Origin: Terriglobia bacterium
Lineage (GTDB): Bacteria; Acidobacteriota; Terriglobia; 20CM-2-55-15
Assembly: GCA_963664115.2 (NCBI GenBank)
Contig: CAXWPJ010000009.1
Coordinates: forward strand, 384,001 to 448,000
Length of the DNA: 64,000 bases
Direction: 5' to 3'
Position numbers and translations under genes: made by a program
The notes under the pieces: generated by a model
The model's input: the letters and a program-made list of their open reading frames with translations, nothing else
What the model was told of the DNA's origin: nothing
Databases searched by the model: none
Shown here: piece after piece, positions 1 through 9,678 of the stretch
Numbering within the stretch: the stretch's first letter is position 1
Layout: each line of letters starts with the position of its first letter

Positions 1-15
1 AGTTGTTTGTCCTGA

Positions 16-618
16 CTACTGAGTTGGAGCATGCCGACCCTGCCTCTTCTTCACGAGAACATGGCGGCGGCGCTCCTGCTGGGCCTTAAACCGATAGTCA
101 ATCTTGGACCAAATGGCACGGAAGTATCCGACAGCGGACAGGATCGCAAAAAGGACCACCATCCAGAGCGCGATCTTTCCGGCAGCGTTGAAGAAAAACG
201 GGTATTCACTTCCCACAATCAACAATGTAATCGCAGCGACTTGCGCAGCCATTTTCAGTTTGCCAAGTTCAGATGCCTCGATCGTAAAGCCCTGAGAGGA
301 AGCAATGCTACGAAGGCCCATGACGGCGAACTCCCGACCGATGATGATGACGACCATCCAGGCCGGAACGATCTGAAGCTGGACGAGTGAAATGAACGCC
401 GAAGATATCAGCAGCTTGTCGGCGACGGGATCCAGAAGCATTCCCAGCGTCGTAACCTCGTTCCTTGCACGAGCAAGATATCCGTCGAGATAATCGGTCA
501 GGGATGCAGCGAGAAACACACTGGCTGCGATCGGAACGCTGTACTTGGTCAACAGAAGCGCCACCAGCACAGGCACGAGGAAGATCCTCGATAACGTCAC
601 TGCATTAGGCAGATTCAT
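16..618 (-). CDS. pgsA: CDP-diacylglycerol--glycerol-3-phosphate 3-phosphatidyltransferase
   Basis: MNLPNAVTLSRI start; CDP-alcohol phosphotransferase motif TDYLDGYLAR...G..LDPVADK; start trimmed to ATG at 618. Confidence 0.93.
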   Translation of the reverse strand: MNLPNAVTLSRIFLVPVLVALLLTKYSVPIAASVFLAASLTDYLDGYLARARNEVTTLGMLLDPVADKLLISSAFISLVQLQIVPAWMVVIIIGREFAVMGLRSIASSQGFTIEASELGKLKMAAQVAAITLLIVGSEYPFFFNAAGKIALWMVVLFAILSAVGYFRAIWSKIDYRFKAQQERRRHVLVKKRQGRHAPTQ

Positions 619-717
619 AACGTGGAGGCTCAGTCTATCAGATTTGATCATGAACGGACCACGTTTCAACGACTCAATCCGGGCGGTGGACTCGCCTGCT
701 GTATCATGGGTGACGCT

Positions 718-1752
718 ATGAAGGGACTCATTCTCGCAGGCGGCAAAGGAACACGGCTCAGGCCGCTTACCTTGAACCTTCCTAAGCCGATCGTGCCCGT
801 GGCCAACCGCCCCTTTCTTCTCTACCAGATCGATCTCATGAAAAGCGCCAGCATCGACGAAATCATCCTGAGTCTGTCCTATCAGCCCCGAAAAATCGAG
901 GATCTGCTCAAGGACGGTGCGGATTTCGACGTGCTCATTCGCTACGCCGTGGAAGGTGCGCCGCTGGGCACCTCAGGCGCATTCAAGAACGCCGAGGAGT
1001 GGATCGAGGGCACCACGGTCGTGTTCAATGGAGATGTCCTGACGTCTGTAGATCTCCCCGCGGTTATCGCGACTCATCGCGAGAAGAAATCGGTGGCGAC
1101 TCTCGTCCTGACTCAGGTTGAAGATCCGACCTCGTACGGTCTGGTTGAATCGGATGCCTCGGGCCGAATTCACCGGTTTCTCGAGAAACCAGGCATGGAC
1201 GAAATTACGTCCAATACGATCAACGCAGGAATTTACGTCCTCGAACCATCCGTCCTCGAACACATGCCACAGGGAAAACCCTTCTCGTTCGAGCGCGAGT
1301 TGTTTCCTTCCCTACTCGCAAAAGGCGAACCTATGTATGCGGTCGTTTCAGATCAGTATTGGATAGACATCGGAACCCCAGGGAAATACCTCGAGGTCCA
1401 CCGCGATATTCTTAGAGGAAAGTTTAAGTCGCCCGCGATTCCTCCGACGGCGTTGACATCTGATGTCATTCCAGACGGTGCTTTTGTCGACAGCGCGTCT
1501 CTCGTGGGAGAGGGGGTCACGATTCGTGAAAACGTCCGCATCGAGTCATCGGTCATCGGACCCAACTGCAAAATCGATTCGGGTGCACACATCGTAGACT
1601 CCGTGATCTGGTCCAGTAATACGATCGACGCCGACGCGCGTATTTCTGGCAGCATACTGGCTCGCGGCTGTTACGTGGGTCGGTCGGCAACGCTCCAACC
1701 CGGGACCCTCCTGGGGGGCAAATCGGTTGTGACCGATTATTCGGTTTTGTAG
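718..1752 (+). CDS. NDP-sugar synthase / mannose-1-phosphate guanylyltransferase-like nucleotidyltransferase with C-terminal hexapeptide repeats
   Basis: MKGLILAGGKGTRLRPLT..PKP motif, FLEKP, YWIDIGTP, left-handed beta-helix repeats at C-terminus. Confidence 0.9.
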   Translation: MKGLILAGGKGTRLRPLTLNLPKPIVPVANRPFLLYQIDLMKSASIDEIILSLSYQPRKIEDLLKDGADFDVLIRYAVEGAPLGTSGAFKNAEEWIEGTTVVFNGDVLTSVDLPAVIATHREKKSVATLVLTQVEDPTSYGLVESDASGRIHRFLEKPGMDEITSNTINAGIYVLEPSVLEHMPQGKPFSFERELFPSLLAKGEPMYAVVSDQYWIDIGTPGKYLEVHRDILRGKFKSPAIPPTALTSDVIPDGAFVDSASLVGEGVTIRENVRIESSVIGPNCKIDSGAHIVDSVIWSSNTIDADARISGSILARGCYVGRSATLQPGTLLGGKSVVTDYSVL

Positions 1753-1813
1753 GTGATGGGGGAAGTCTGAGAGTTGAACGTTTCCAGGTGCTGTAATTCC
1801 TGAGTTCTGCCCC

Positions 1814-1840
1814 TTAACTATTAACTCACAACTCTAAACT
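1814..1840. repeat. 7-bp-periodic AT-rich intergenic repeat (TTAACTA TTAACTC ACAACTC TAAACT)
   Basis: Heptamer periodicity; core TAACTCAC(A/G)A recurs at 20074 and 63177. Confidence 0.5.
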
Positions 1841-1853
1841 TCTTCTTTCATAC

Positions 1854-3260
1854 ATGACAATTCGTTTTGGAACTGATGGATGGCGGGGGATCATCGCGGA
1901 TGACTTCACCTTCCACAATCTGCGTCTCGCTTCCCAAGCGACGGCGGACTATTTTCAGACGATAACTGACCGCGAACGAACGGTTCTCGTGGGTTACGAC
2001 GTTCGTTTTCTGTCCCAGAGCTTTGCAAGCGCTGCTGCCGAGGTCTTTTCCGGAAACGGGTTTCGAGTCCTGCTGATGGACCGCCCGTATCCAACACCCT
2101 ACGTTTCGTTCGAGTTGCAGCGTCAGGGTCTTGTGGGTGGCGTCGTGATCACAGCCAGTCACAACCCGTCTGTTTTTAACGGCTTCAAAGTAAAAGCAGA
2201 ATACGGCGGAAGCGCGACGTCCACGATCACCCAAGCCATAGAAGGACGTTTAGGGAAGACCCCCGTTCGGACATCGACGACGGGCATCGAAACGATCGCT
2301 CCCTCCGGAGAATACTTCACACATCTACGAACGTTGGTCGATTGGGAAGGAATCGCCGGCTCAAATTTGCGAGTCGTTGTGGATGCGATGCATGGAAGCG
2401 GAGGGCGGTTGCTGGAAGAAATGCTGGCCCAGACGACGGTCCAGGTACAAACGATTCGTGGAGACCCCGACCCGCTATTTGGGGGCATCAGCCCCGAACC
2501 GATGATGCCTCAACTGGAACCGCTCGCCGAAGCGGTTCGCCGGTCGGGAGCCGCGATCGGCCTGGCCACGGACGGGGACGGGGACCGGCTGGGGGTGGTC
2601 TCGAATGAGGGGCGCTTCGTCCCCACCCTGCAAATACTGCCGCTTCTTCTGCTCCATGCGTACCGGCACCGTGGGTGGCGCGGGTCGGTGGTCCATACGT
2701 TTTCTCAAAGTCAATTGATTGGGCGAATTGCCACGCAACTGAGTCTGGATGTTGTCGAAACCCCCATCGGTTTCAAACATATAGCCGAGTTGATGCTCAA
2801 AGGTCCGGTTCTTATCGGAGGGGAAGAAAGCGGCGGCATCGGCTTGTCCCGCCATCTGCCCGAAAGGGACGGGCTATTTCTCCAGATCCTCCTACTCGAT
2901 CTACTCGCCACTACCGGCAAGGGGCTCACCGCGCTGATTGGGGACATGTGGACGGAATTCGGTGAGTTCCACTACCATCGGCGCGATCTCCACGTCGGGT
3001 CCGATGCCAGTCAGCAACTCATAAGTGCCTTAAAAGAAAAGCCTCCTAAGGATTTAGCCGACCGATCAATACACGAGATCCGGACGCTGGACGGCCTCAA
3101 ATTGATGCTGGAAAACGACAGCTGGATTTTGTTCCGGAGGTCGGGAACCGAGCCGGTTCTTCGGATCTACTGTGAGGCGCCTACAGAAACGGCCGTCACG
3201 GAAATTCTCGAAGCGGGCATCAATCTGGTGGAACAATTCGCCCCCCCCGGTGTCTCCTAA
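1854..3260 (+). CDS. Phosphoglucomutase/phosphomannomutase family protein
   Basis: FGTDGWRG, catalytic TASHNP, metal loop DGDGDR, GGEESGG, RRSGTEP. Confidence 0.93.
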   Translation: MTIRFGTDGWRGIIADDFTFHNLRLASQATADYFQTITDRERTVLVGYDVRFLSQSFASAAAEVFSGNGFRVLLMDRPYPTPYVSFELQRQGLVGGVVITASHNPSVFNGFKVKAEYGGSATSTITQAIEGRLGKTPVRTSTTGIETIAPSGEYFTHLRTLVDWEGIAGSNLRVVVDAMHGSGGRLLEEMLAQTTVQVQTIRGDPDPLFGGISPEPMMPQLEPLAEAVRRSGAAIGLATDGDGDRLGVVSNEGRFVPTLQILPLLLLHAYRHRGWRGSVVHTFSQSQLIGRIATQLSLDVVETPIGFKHIAELMLKGPVLIGGEESGGIGLSRHLPERDGLFLQILLLDLLATTGKGLTALIGDMWTEFGEFHYHRRDLHVGSDASQQLISALKEKPPKDLADRSIHEIRTLDGLKLMLENDSWILFRRSGTEPVLRIYCEAPTETAVTEILEAGINLVEQFAPPGVS

Positions 3261-3334
3261 TAAAGGCCAGCCTTTGGCAATTGCTATACTTGTGAAAACA
3301 GCCCCGGTGCAACCGAGGAGGCCCGTATCCGGTA

Positions 3335-3982
3335 ATGCTTCGTCCAGAGATATCTTATTCGGACCTTGAGTCGGCGGAAGGTCTGTCACCCGAAGAAGCC
3401 CTGTTCGTCCTCCGGCTACGATCCAATGAAGATAGCGCCTACGACGAACTGGTCCGAAGCTATCACGCGCCCCTCTATCGCATTGCGTGCCGCATGCTGC
3501 AGGATCCGGGCGAAGCTGCTGATGTGACTCAGGACATCTTCGTAAAAGTGTTTCGGAACATCGGACGATTCAGAGGGCGGTCCAGTCTCAAGACCTGGAT
3601 ATTTAAGATCGGCTTTCGAGAAATTCTGAACCGAATCCGCTGGTCCCGAAGGCGGTTCCGCCAATCCACGGTGCCGTTGGAGCAGCATGCCGACGGCGCC
3701 GCCGGAGTAAGCGCGCCGCCACAAATTGCCGACTGCGGCCTGACGCCCGAAGAGGCGTTGGAGAGAAGAGAACGCGCCGATTCCATCCAACAAGCGCTTT
3801 CGAAGCTCTCCCCGGAGCACCGATCCATTGTTGTCCTGAGAGACATCCAGGGATTTTCCTACAGCGAAATTTCCGAGATTCTTGGAGTTTCCACTGGAAC
3901 AGTGAAATCCCGCCTGGCACGGGCGAGGACGGACTTGAAGAAACGTCTCATGCGTTATCTGTCAGTCCATCGGATTGGTTGA
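3335..3982 (+). CDS. ECF (sigma-70 family) RNA polymerase sigma factor
   Basis: Region 2 (DVTQDIFVKV..FRGRSSLKTWIFKI) and region 4 (SYSEISEILGVSTGTVKSRLARAR); GAGGAGG upstream. Confidence 0.92.
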   Translation: MLRPEISYSDLESAEGLSPEEALFVLRLRSNEDSAYDELVRSYHAPLYRIACRMLQDPGEAADVTQDIFVKVFRNIGRFRGRSSLKTWIFKIGFREILNRIRWSRRRFRQSTVPLEQHADGAAGVSAPPQIADCGLTPEEALERRERADSIQQALSKLSPEHRSIVVLRDIQGFSYSEISEILGVSTGTVKSRLARARTDLKKRLMRYLSVHRIG

Positions 3983-3995
3983 TGTGCTGATTTTT

Positions 3996-4066
3996 TGACT
4001 GAACTTGCTGACTGAACTTGCTGACTGAACTGAATGAAAAGAATGAACTGAATGAACTGAATGAAG
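3996..4066 (+). repeat. Short tandem repeat (TGACTGAACTTGC x2.8 then AATGAACTG-type 9-mers)
   Basis: Read directly between sigma and anti-sigma genes. Confidence 0.75.
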
Positions 4067-4099
4067 GTAGAGCCCAACAGTATCGCCAGGAAACATACG

Positions 4100-4810
4100 A
4101 TGAAGAAGTTGAAATCATTCTTGAGGAGTAAGGGGCGACCCACGGAATTGAATTGCAAGCAGGCTCAAAGACTGATGAGCCCTTTCATCGATTCTATGGC
4201 CACGCCCGAAGAAGCGGTACGCGTCGAAACGCACGTTACCGGGTGTGAGCCATGTCAGCGGCAACTCCAGTCCTACATATCGGTTAAAAACCTTCTGCTC
4301 AATGTCGAGGAACCGGCGGTGTCGGCCGGGCTGGTATTGGAAACGCGCGTCCGGCTCTCACATGAACGGACTTCCGATGGCCTCACACGATTGGGGACGC
4401 GGCTCGCGAATTCCTTGAAACCGGTCGCGCTGCCCGCCCTGCTGGGCACTTGCATGACATTTCTCTTTTTTGGAATCCTGCTAAGCGATCTTATAGCGCC
4501 TCCGATAATCGCATCGAACGAGGTTTCGAATACGCCAATAGCGTTGTATCAGAGTGTCCGGATAACCGATCCCACGTTGACACGTTTCGCCGATAACGGC
4601 TCGAACCTGCCGGGACCGTTGACGGTAGATATCCTGGTAAGTGGCCGCGGTCGGATGATCGATTACACGATTCTCTCCGGACCAAGCGATCCCGGCGTTG
4701 AACGCTGGTTAAGAGAATTGCTCTATTATGCGGAGTTCACACCCGCCAACCTTTTTGGTCGACCGGTAAATTCGAGAATCATCGTTTCTTTCATCGGCGT
4801 GTCGAGCTGA
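4100..4810 (+). CDS. Membrane anti-sigma factor: zinc-binding HxxxCxxC domain, one TM helix, C-terminal TonB_C-like domain
   Basis: HVTGCEPC; hydrophobic LPALLGTCMTFLFFGILL; C-terminal VDILVSGRGRM...AEFTPANLFGRPV resembles TonB C-terminus; start could be 4061 or later. Confidence 0.8.
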   Translation: MKKLKSFLRSKGRPTELNCKQAQRLMSPFIDSMATPEEAVRVETHVTGCEPCQRQLQSYISVKNLLLNVEEPAVSAGLVLETRVRLSHERTSDGLTRLGTRLANSLKPVALPALLGTCMTFLFFGILLSDLIAPPIIASNEVSNTPIALYQSVRITDPTLTRFADNGSNLPGPLTVDILVSGRGRMIDYTILSGPSDPGVERWLRELLYYAEFTPANLFGRPVNSRIIVSFIGVSS

Positions 4811-5933
4811 CGACGACCGCGACCGCATCAGCAACCCTTTCGGCGACATTTCCCGTGCCCAGCTTCCGCCGTAGTTTCTCGTAGTTTCCGCGGATTTCGG
4901 ACTGCGTCCAGACGTCGTCCATCAGCTTAAGAGTTGCCTTAGCGACGTTTGCCGGCGTCATGCGGTCCTGATAGAGTTCCGGTACCACCGCTTCGCCCGA
5001 AATAATATTGACGAGCCCGAACATACGAACCTTCAAAAGGAACTTGCCCAACAACCAGGTTGCCCGACCAATTCGATAAACAATCACCTCGGGAGTACCC
5101 AATAGCGCCGTTTCCAGCGTGGCCGTACCGCTGGCAACAATCGCTGCCCTCGAATAGCGGATGGCATCGTAGGTGTCATCCCCTACCAACCGGATCGGCC
5201 GTGCACCCAGAAACCCCTGGACATAATCCACCGAAAGACCTGAGGCCACAGGAAGAACGAACTGCGTATCCGGCTTCTCAGCCAGTATCAGGTCCACTGC
5301 CAGGCACACGGTAGGTAGGATGTAGTGCAGTTCCTTGCGGCGACTCCCTGGAAGCAGCGCAACCAGAGGCCCGTTGTTTCTGAGTCGATACTTGGCAAGG
5401 AAGGCGCCACGGGTCATACGGGGCCGAACGGTGTCGACGAGAGGATGACCGACAAACTCGACGTCAATGCCCGCGCGCCGATAGATCTCTTCCTCAAACG
5501 GCAGAATCACGAGCATTTTGTCGACTACTTCGCGAATCTGACGGACACGCCCCGGCCGCCACGCCCAGACCTGGGGGCTGATGTAGTAAACGACGGGAAC
5601 TCCAAGCGCCTTCAACCGGCCTGCCAGACGCAGGTTGAAGTCCGGAAAATCGATCAGGACGGCAGCCGAAGGAGGGTCGTCTTCGATAAGACGGCTTAGT
5701 TTGCGGAAGACGCGATAGAGAGCTCCAACATGACCCAGCGCTTCGAAAGGCCCTACGACAGCCGTGCGTGTGATGTCGGCGACCGATTTTACTCCGGCCT
5801 CACGCATACGTTCGCCGCCGAGACCGATTACCCGGGACCCTCTAAATTTTCGCCCTAGCGCACGAGCCACCTGGGCCCCGTACATGTCTCCGGAGGCCTC
5901 ACCTGCAACGACGAGGAACTGCTTGGATGTCAC
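4791..5933 (-). CDS. lpxB: Lipid-A-disaccharide synthase
   Basis: VAGEASGD, IDFPDFNLRLA, YYISPQVWAWR, FVGHPL, LLPGSR, ASGTATLE; GTG start overlaps upstream stop (GTGA). Confidence 0.95.
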   Translation of the reverse strand: MTSKQFLVVAGEASGDMYGAQVARALGRKFRGSRVIGLGGERMREAGVKSVADITRTAVVGPFEALGHVGALYRVFRKLSRLIEDDPPSAAVLIDFPDFNLRLAGRLKALGVPVVYYISPQVWAWRPGRVRQIREVVDKMLVILPFEEEIYRRAGIDVEFVGHPLVDTVRPRMTRGAFLAKYRLRNNGPLVALLPGSRRKELHYILPTVCLAVDLILAEKPDTQFVLPVASGLSVDYVQGFLGARPIRLVGDDTYDAIRYSRAAIVASGTATLETALLGTPEVIVYRIGRATWLLGKFLLKVRMFGLVNIISGEAVVPELYQDRMTPANVAKATLKLMDDVWTQSEIRGNYEKLRRKLGTGNVAERVADAVAVVVSSTRR

Positions 5934-6247
5934 TGGATAATGTTCTGAACTTCGATGAGCTGCGGGATGGGGCCCGACACCCTCACCGTCTCGGCCCAAA
6001 TGAGCGTCCGCCCCTCCACACCAGCAACAACCACCACGCTGGTGTCGTCCACGGGAACGCCTGTAAACCCAAAAACCCCGTCACCGGACAGCTCAATGTC
6101 TTTCGCGATCACCATGTGCCCGTCAATCGTCCCCGAAAGGGAGTCCGGCGGAGACGCTTGTTGAACCCTCGCTCCAAAAGGCAGGGTCCACAATACGATT
6201 GCACCAAGCGATAACAGGCCGATCGACAGCAATCGCTTCTGCCTCAT
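5930..6247 (-). CDS. Small exported or membrane-anchored hypothetical protein
   Basis: Basic N-terminus plus hydrophobic stretch; fills murA-lpxB gap and its stop overlaps the lpxB start. Confidence 0.6.
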   Translation of the reverse strand: MRQKRLLSIGLLSLGAIVLWTLPFGARVQQASPPDSLSGTIDGHMVIAKDIELSGDGVFGFTGVPVDDTSVVVVAGVEGRTLIWAETVRVSGPIPQLIEVQNIIQ

Positions 6248-6276
6248 TAGATCTGCATATCGCCAATCATGTGGCA

Positions 6277-7530
6277 CTACTTCAGACGCTCAATCGAAGC
6301 ACCAACTGCAGACAAACGTTCTTCCAGCCGTTCGTAACCGCGATCCAGATGATACACACGATCAATCACGGTTTCTCCATCCGCCACCAGACCCGCCAAA
6401 ACGAGAGAGGCGCTGGCGCGGAGGTCGGAGGCGATAACGTTCGCTCCGCTTAAAGGCGTCGGACCTTTGACGACGGCCCTGGAGCCCTCGATTTTCACAT
6501 CAGCCCCCATTCGGACCAACTCGCTGGCATGCATGAAGCGATTCTCGAAGATTCTTTCTGTGATGACCGATGTGCCCAAGGCCTGTGTCATCAACACCAT
6601 GTACTGTGCCTGCATGTCAGTCGCAAACCCAGGGTACTCCTTCGTTACAACGTCCACTGCCCTGGGGTCGGAAACACTGCAGACGTAAATCGAGCGCCCT
6701 TCGGTCCTGATCTGGGCGCCAGTCGCACGCAATTTCTCGATGGTGTTCCCGAGGAGCGTTGGATCGGCACCCGTCAGTTCCAGATTGCCCCGGGTCATGA
6801 CACCTGCCACAAGGAACGTTCCCGTCTCGATTCGGTCGGGAATCACCTGATGACTGGCCCCATTCAAATTGGAAACCCCTTGAATCGTAATCGTTGACGT
6901 ACCGGCACCGTGGACTCGGGCACCCATCGCATTCAGCAACTCGGCAAGGTCGCCGATCTCCGGTTCGCACGCTGCATTGCGCAAGGTCGTCGTGCCATCA
7001 GCGAGTGTCGCGGCCATCATCACATTTTCAGTTCCGGTCACCGTAATCGTGTCGAAAAAGATGTCCGCGCCTTTTAATCGCTTTGCGCGGGCTTCAACAT
7101 ATCCATGCTCGGTTCGAACCTCAGCACCCAGTTTCTGGAAACCTCTGAGGTGGAGATCAATCGGTCGGGCCCCGATCGCACAGCCACCGGGAAGTGAAAC
7201 CCGGGCCTGGCCAAAGCGGGCCAACAACGGGCCGAGAACCAGTACGGAGGCTCTCATCGTTTTCACCAACTCGTATGGCGCTTCACACGAGTCCAGGGAA
7301 GCGGCCTTAATGCTGGAGGTGCCGTCGTCGGAAAGCGCAACATCGACACCCAGCTTTCTCAGGAGTTTGCAACTTGTTCGAATATCGGTCACAAGCGGAA
7401 GATTCTGAAGCTCGACGGTCTCCGCCGTCAGTAAGGCCGCCGCCATCGCGGGCAAGGCAGCGTTCTTCGCGCCGCGGAGGGGAACACTTCCCTCCAGGCG
7501 TGCGCCACCCGTGATCTTCAGTTTGTCCAT
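6277..7530 (-). CDS. murA: UDP-N-acetylglucosamine 1-carboxyvinyltransferase
   Basis: GAKNAALP, MRASVLVLGPLLAR, LPGGCAIGARPIDLH, PDRIETGT, DLRASA. Confidence 0.97.
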   Translation of the reverse strand: MDKLKITGGARLEGSVPLRGAKNAALPAMAAALLTAETVELQNLPLVTDIRTSCKLLRKLGVDVALSDDGTSSIKAASLDSCEAPYELVKTMRASVLVLGPLLARFGQARVSLPGGCAIGARPIDLHLRGFQKLGAEVRTEHGYVEARAKRLKGADIFFDTITVTGTENVMMAATLADGTTTLRNAACEPEIGDLAELLNAMGARVHGAGTSTITIQGVSNLNGASHQVIPDRIETGTFLVAGVMTRGNLELTGADPTLLGNTIEKLRATGAQIRTEGRSIYVCSVSDPRAVDVVTKEYPGFATDMQAQYMVLMTQALGTSVITERIFENRFMHASELVRMGADVKIEGSRAVVKGPTPLSGANVIASDLRASASLVLAGLVADGETVIDRVYHLDRGYERLEERLSAVGASIERLK

Positions 7531-7795
7531 CTAATTCGACATCCGATTGCGAAGAAAATTTTCCAGGGCTTGATCACAGTCATCTCTTCTATATTCTAGT
7601 GCTCGCTCTGAGTGAAGTCGACGACGTTCGGATTTCAAAAGCCCGCGAAATTAGAGCCTAACGGGCATGTGGCGAATAACAGAAATGCGTCGGGGGCTTG
7701 ACCGAGGTGGAAGCGGTGACCGCTCCACCCTTGCTCGGCATGGAGAACCCTACGAAGCTCGTAAACTGTAAACTGCGGCGGCAGGGGCTTCAAAA

Positions 7796-9173
7796 CTATC
7801 GAGAAAGGATAACTTCAGCGTTATCGAAATCTATACTGACTCTGTAGTCCTTGAGAAAATCGTAACCGACAATTCCTGAGACTTCGATTCCAAGCGTCTG
7901 AGAGATCTCGTCCATGTCGATAGCGATCATCAATGGAAACGATGCCTGAGATTGGGCGGTCGAGAGCGTTACCGCAGGCACGGTAAGGGCGAGGCCGCTT
8001 TCACCGCCGATCCCCGCCAAGCCCAGACTGACGCCGGCTCCCGGCGTCTCCTCGGTAACGCCCAGAGCAGCGGCGGCCTTGTGTGAGAGAATCGAAGTTA
8101 CGGCGCCCGTATCGAGGAGAAACAGTCCCTCAAAATCGCCGTTGAGCCGAAGCGGTACGAAGGCAAGGTTGCTAAAAAACCATCCCGGAACGCGTTCACT
8201 GAGGCTGTCGTCCGAATCGGTGTCCACGTTGAATTCGATAATCGAGTCCGGATAGTCGATGGACACCAGTTCGCGACCAAAAGTGGCAGTACTGAAGATT
8301 CCGTCCGCCAGCTCCCCCAACAGGGGGTCCGACAAAGTGCCCACAGGCAAGTTCCGAACTTCAATCCCGCCGAAAGTCAAACTATCGATTCGGTAGATGC
8401 CGCTTTCCACACGACCATCCCCCCCCAATCCCGTAAATCAGGGTGGACGTGATTGGAGTGAGACCCAACTCCCCGAGCAGACGTTCTGTAAAAACTGTCT
8501 GGGAGGCACCGGTGTCGACTATGAATTCGAACGGCCCCTGGTCACCCACCATGACGCTCGCGAAGATCAGGTTCAGGCCCTGCGAGATGGTTATCGATTC
8601 GGCTGGCTCCGGCAGATCATAGACCCCCATCTGGACAGGACCGAAGTCGCCGATGACCTCCAGCACGGCTTCCACCTGCCTCAGCCGCTCCAGATCGTAG
8701 CTTGGTTCGAGAGCGACGTACGCCTCCAGTTGTCGCGCCTGTTCGGCGACATCTCCCTCATAGGCCCAGGCATCGGCTAACGCAAGTCGGTAGATTGCGG
8801 CATCGGGCTCTAGCTCCACCGCTTTCGACAGAGAATCGATCGCTTCTGTGAGCCTCATCTTCCCCATAAGAAGCTTTCCGACGCCAAAATGGGCACGCGC
8901 GGTGTTTGGATCGAGATCCAGGGCCCGCAAATAGTAGGCGCGTGCCTCCTCGAAGTTTGCTCTCCGAAACTCTATTTCTCCTTTAAAGGCAAGAACATCA
9001 GAATCTTCGGTTAATGCTTCGAGGATCAGGTCAGCCTCCTCGATGGCGTCGGCCAGCAACAGGCTGGGAACCGTATCGAGAGGGTTCTGGGGTCGGGCGT
9101 ACCCGAGGCCCACCGAAGAAAGCAACCAGAGGGACAAAATAGCCTTTGCTCGGTGGGGAAGCTTGCTTGACAT
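7796..9173 (-). pseudogene. Exported TPR + tandem retropepsin-like aspartyl protease, split by a frameshift in a G8 run
   Basis: ORF 8382-9173 has signal peptide, TPRs and FIVDTGAS; ORF 7796-8428 has FLLDTGAV and GIVGYDFL; removing one G at 8419-8426 joins them as GIGGDGRVESG. May be a sequencing error. Confidence 0.8.
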
Positions 9174-9196
9174 GGTATTCAGTCTCCGTTTAAAAT
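9167..9196 (+). promoter_or_regulatory. Putative sigma70 promoter of rplM-rpsI
   Basis: TTGACA-N18-TAAAAT 35 bp before the rplM ATG. Confidence 0.6.
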
Positions 9197-9231
9197 CAGA
9201 GCTTTGCGTTAACCGAGGAGAGCGGCCAAGT

Positions 9232-9663
9232 ATGCCTACCCGTTTCTTAAGTCAGGCCGAAGCATCCGCCGATGATAAGTGGTTCATCATCGATGCGGCA
9301 GACCAGGTGTTGGGCCGGCTCGCGACTAAAGTTGCGACTCTGCTGAGCGGCAAGCACAAGGCCGGTTATGCTCCGTTCCTGATCACGGGCGATCACGTCG
9401 TTATTATCAACGCCGATAAGATTAGACTGACTGGACAAAAATTGGATCAGAAAATTTACTATCGGCACACGGGATATCCCGGGGGGCTGAAGCAGGTATC
9501 GGCACGACGGATGTTCGAAAGCCGGCCCGAACGCCTCATTCAGGAAGCCGTGCTGGGCATGCTGCCCAAAAACAAATTGCGCAAGAGGATGGCCAAGCGG
9601 CTTCGAGTGTACGCGGGCGCTGAGCATCCACATAGAGCGCAAAATCCCGAGGTCATCGCATAA
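9232..9663 (+). CDS. rplM: 50S ribosomal protein L13
   Basis: WFIIDA..LGRLA..L.GKHK, YRHTGYPGGLK, GMLPKNKL. Confidence 0.97.
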   Translation: MPTRFLSQAEASADDKWFIIDAADQVLGRLATKVATLLSGKHKAGYAPFLITGDHVVIINADKIRLTGQKLDQKIYYRHTGYPGGLKQVSARRMFESRPERLIQEAVLGMLPKNKLRKRMAKRLRVYAGAEHPHRAQNPEVIA

Positions 9664-9678
9664 GACCATGGAGGTTGA

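Noticed and set aside
3308-3334. TGCAAC-N16-CGGTAA as an autoregulatory ECF promoter
   Set aside because: It abuts the predicted start codon and overlaps the RBS; too weak without TSS data
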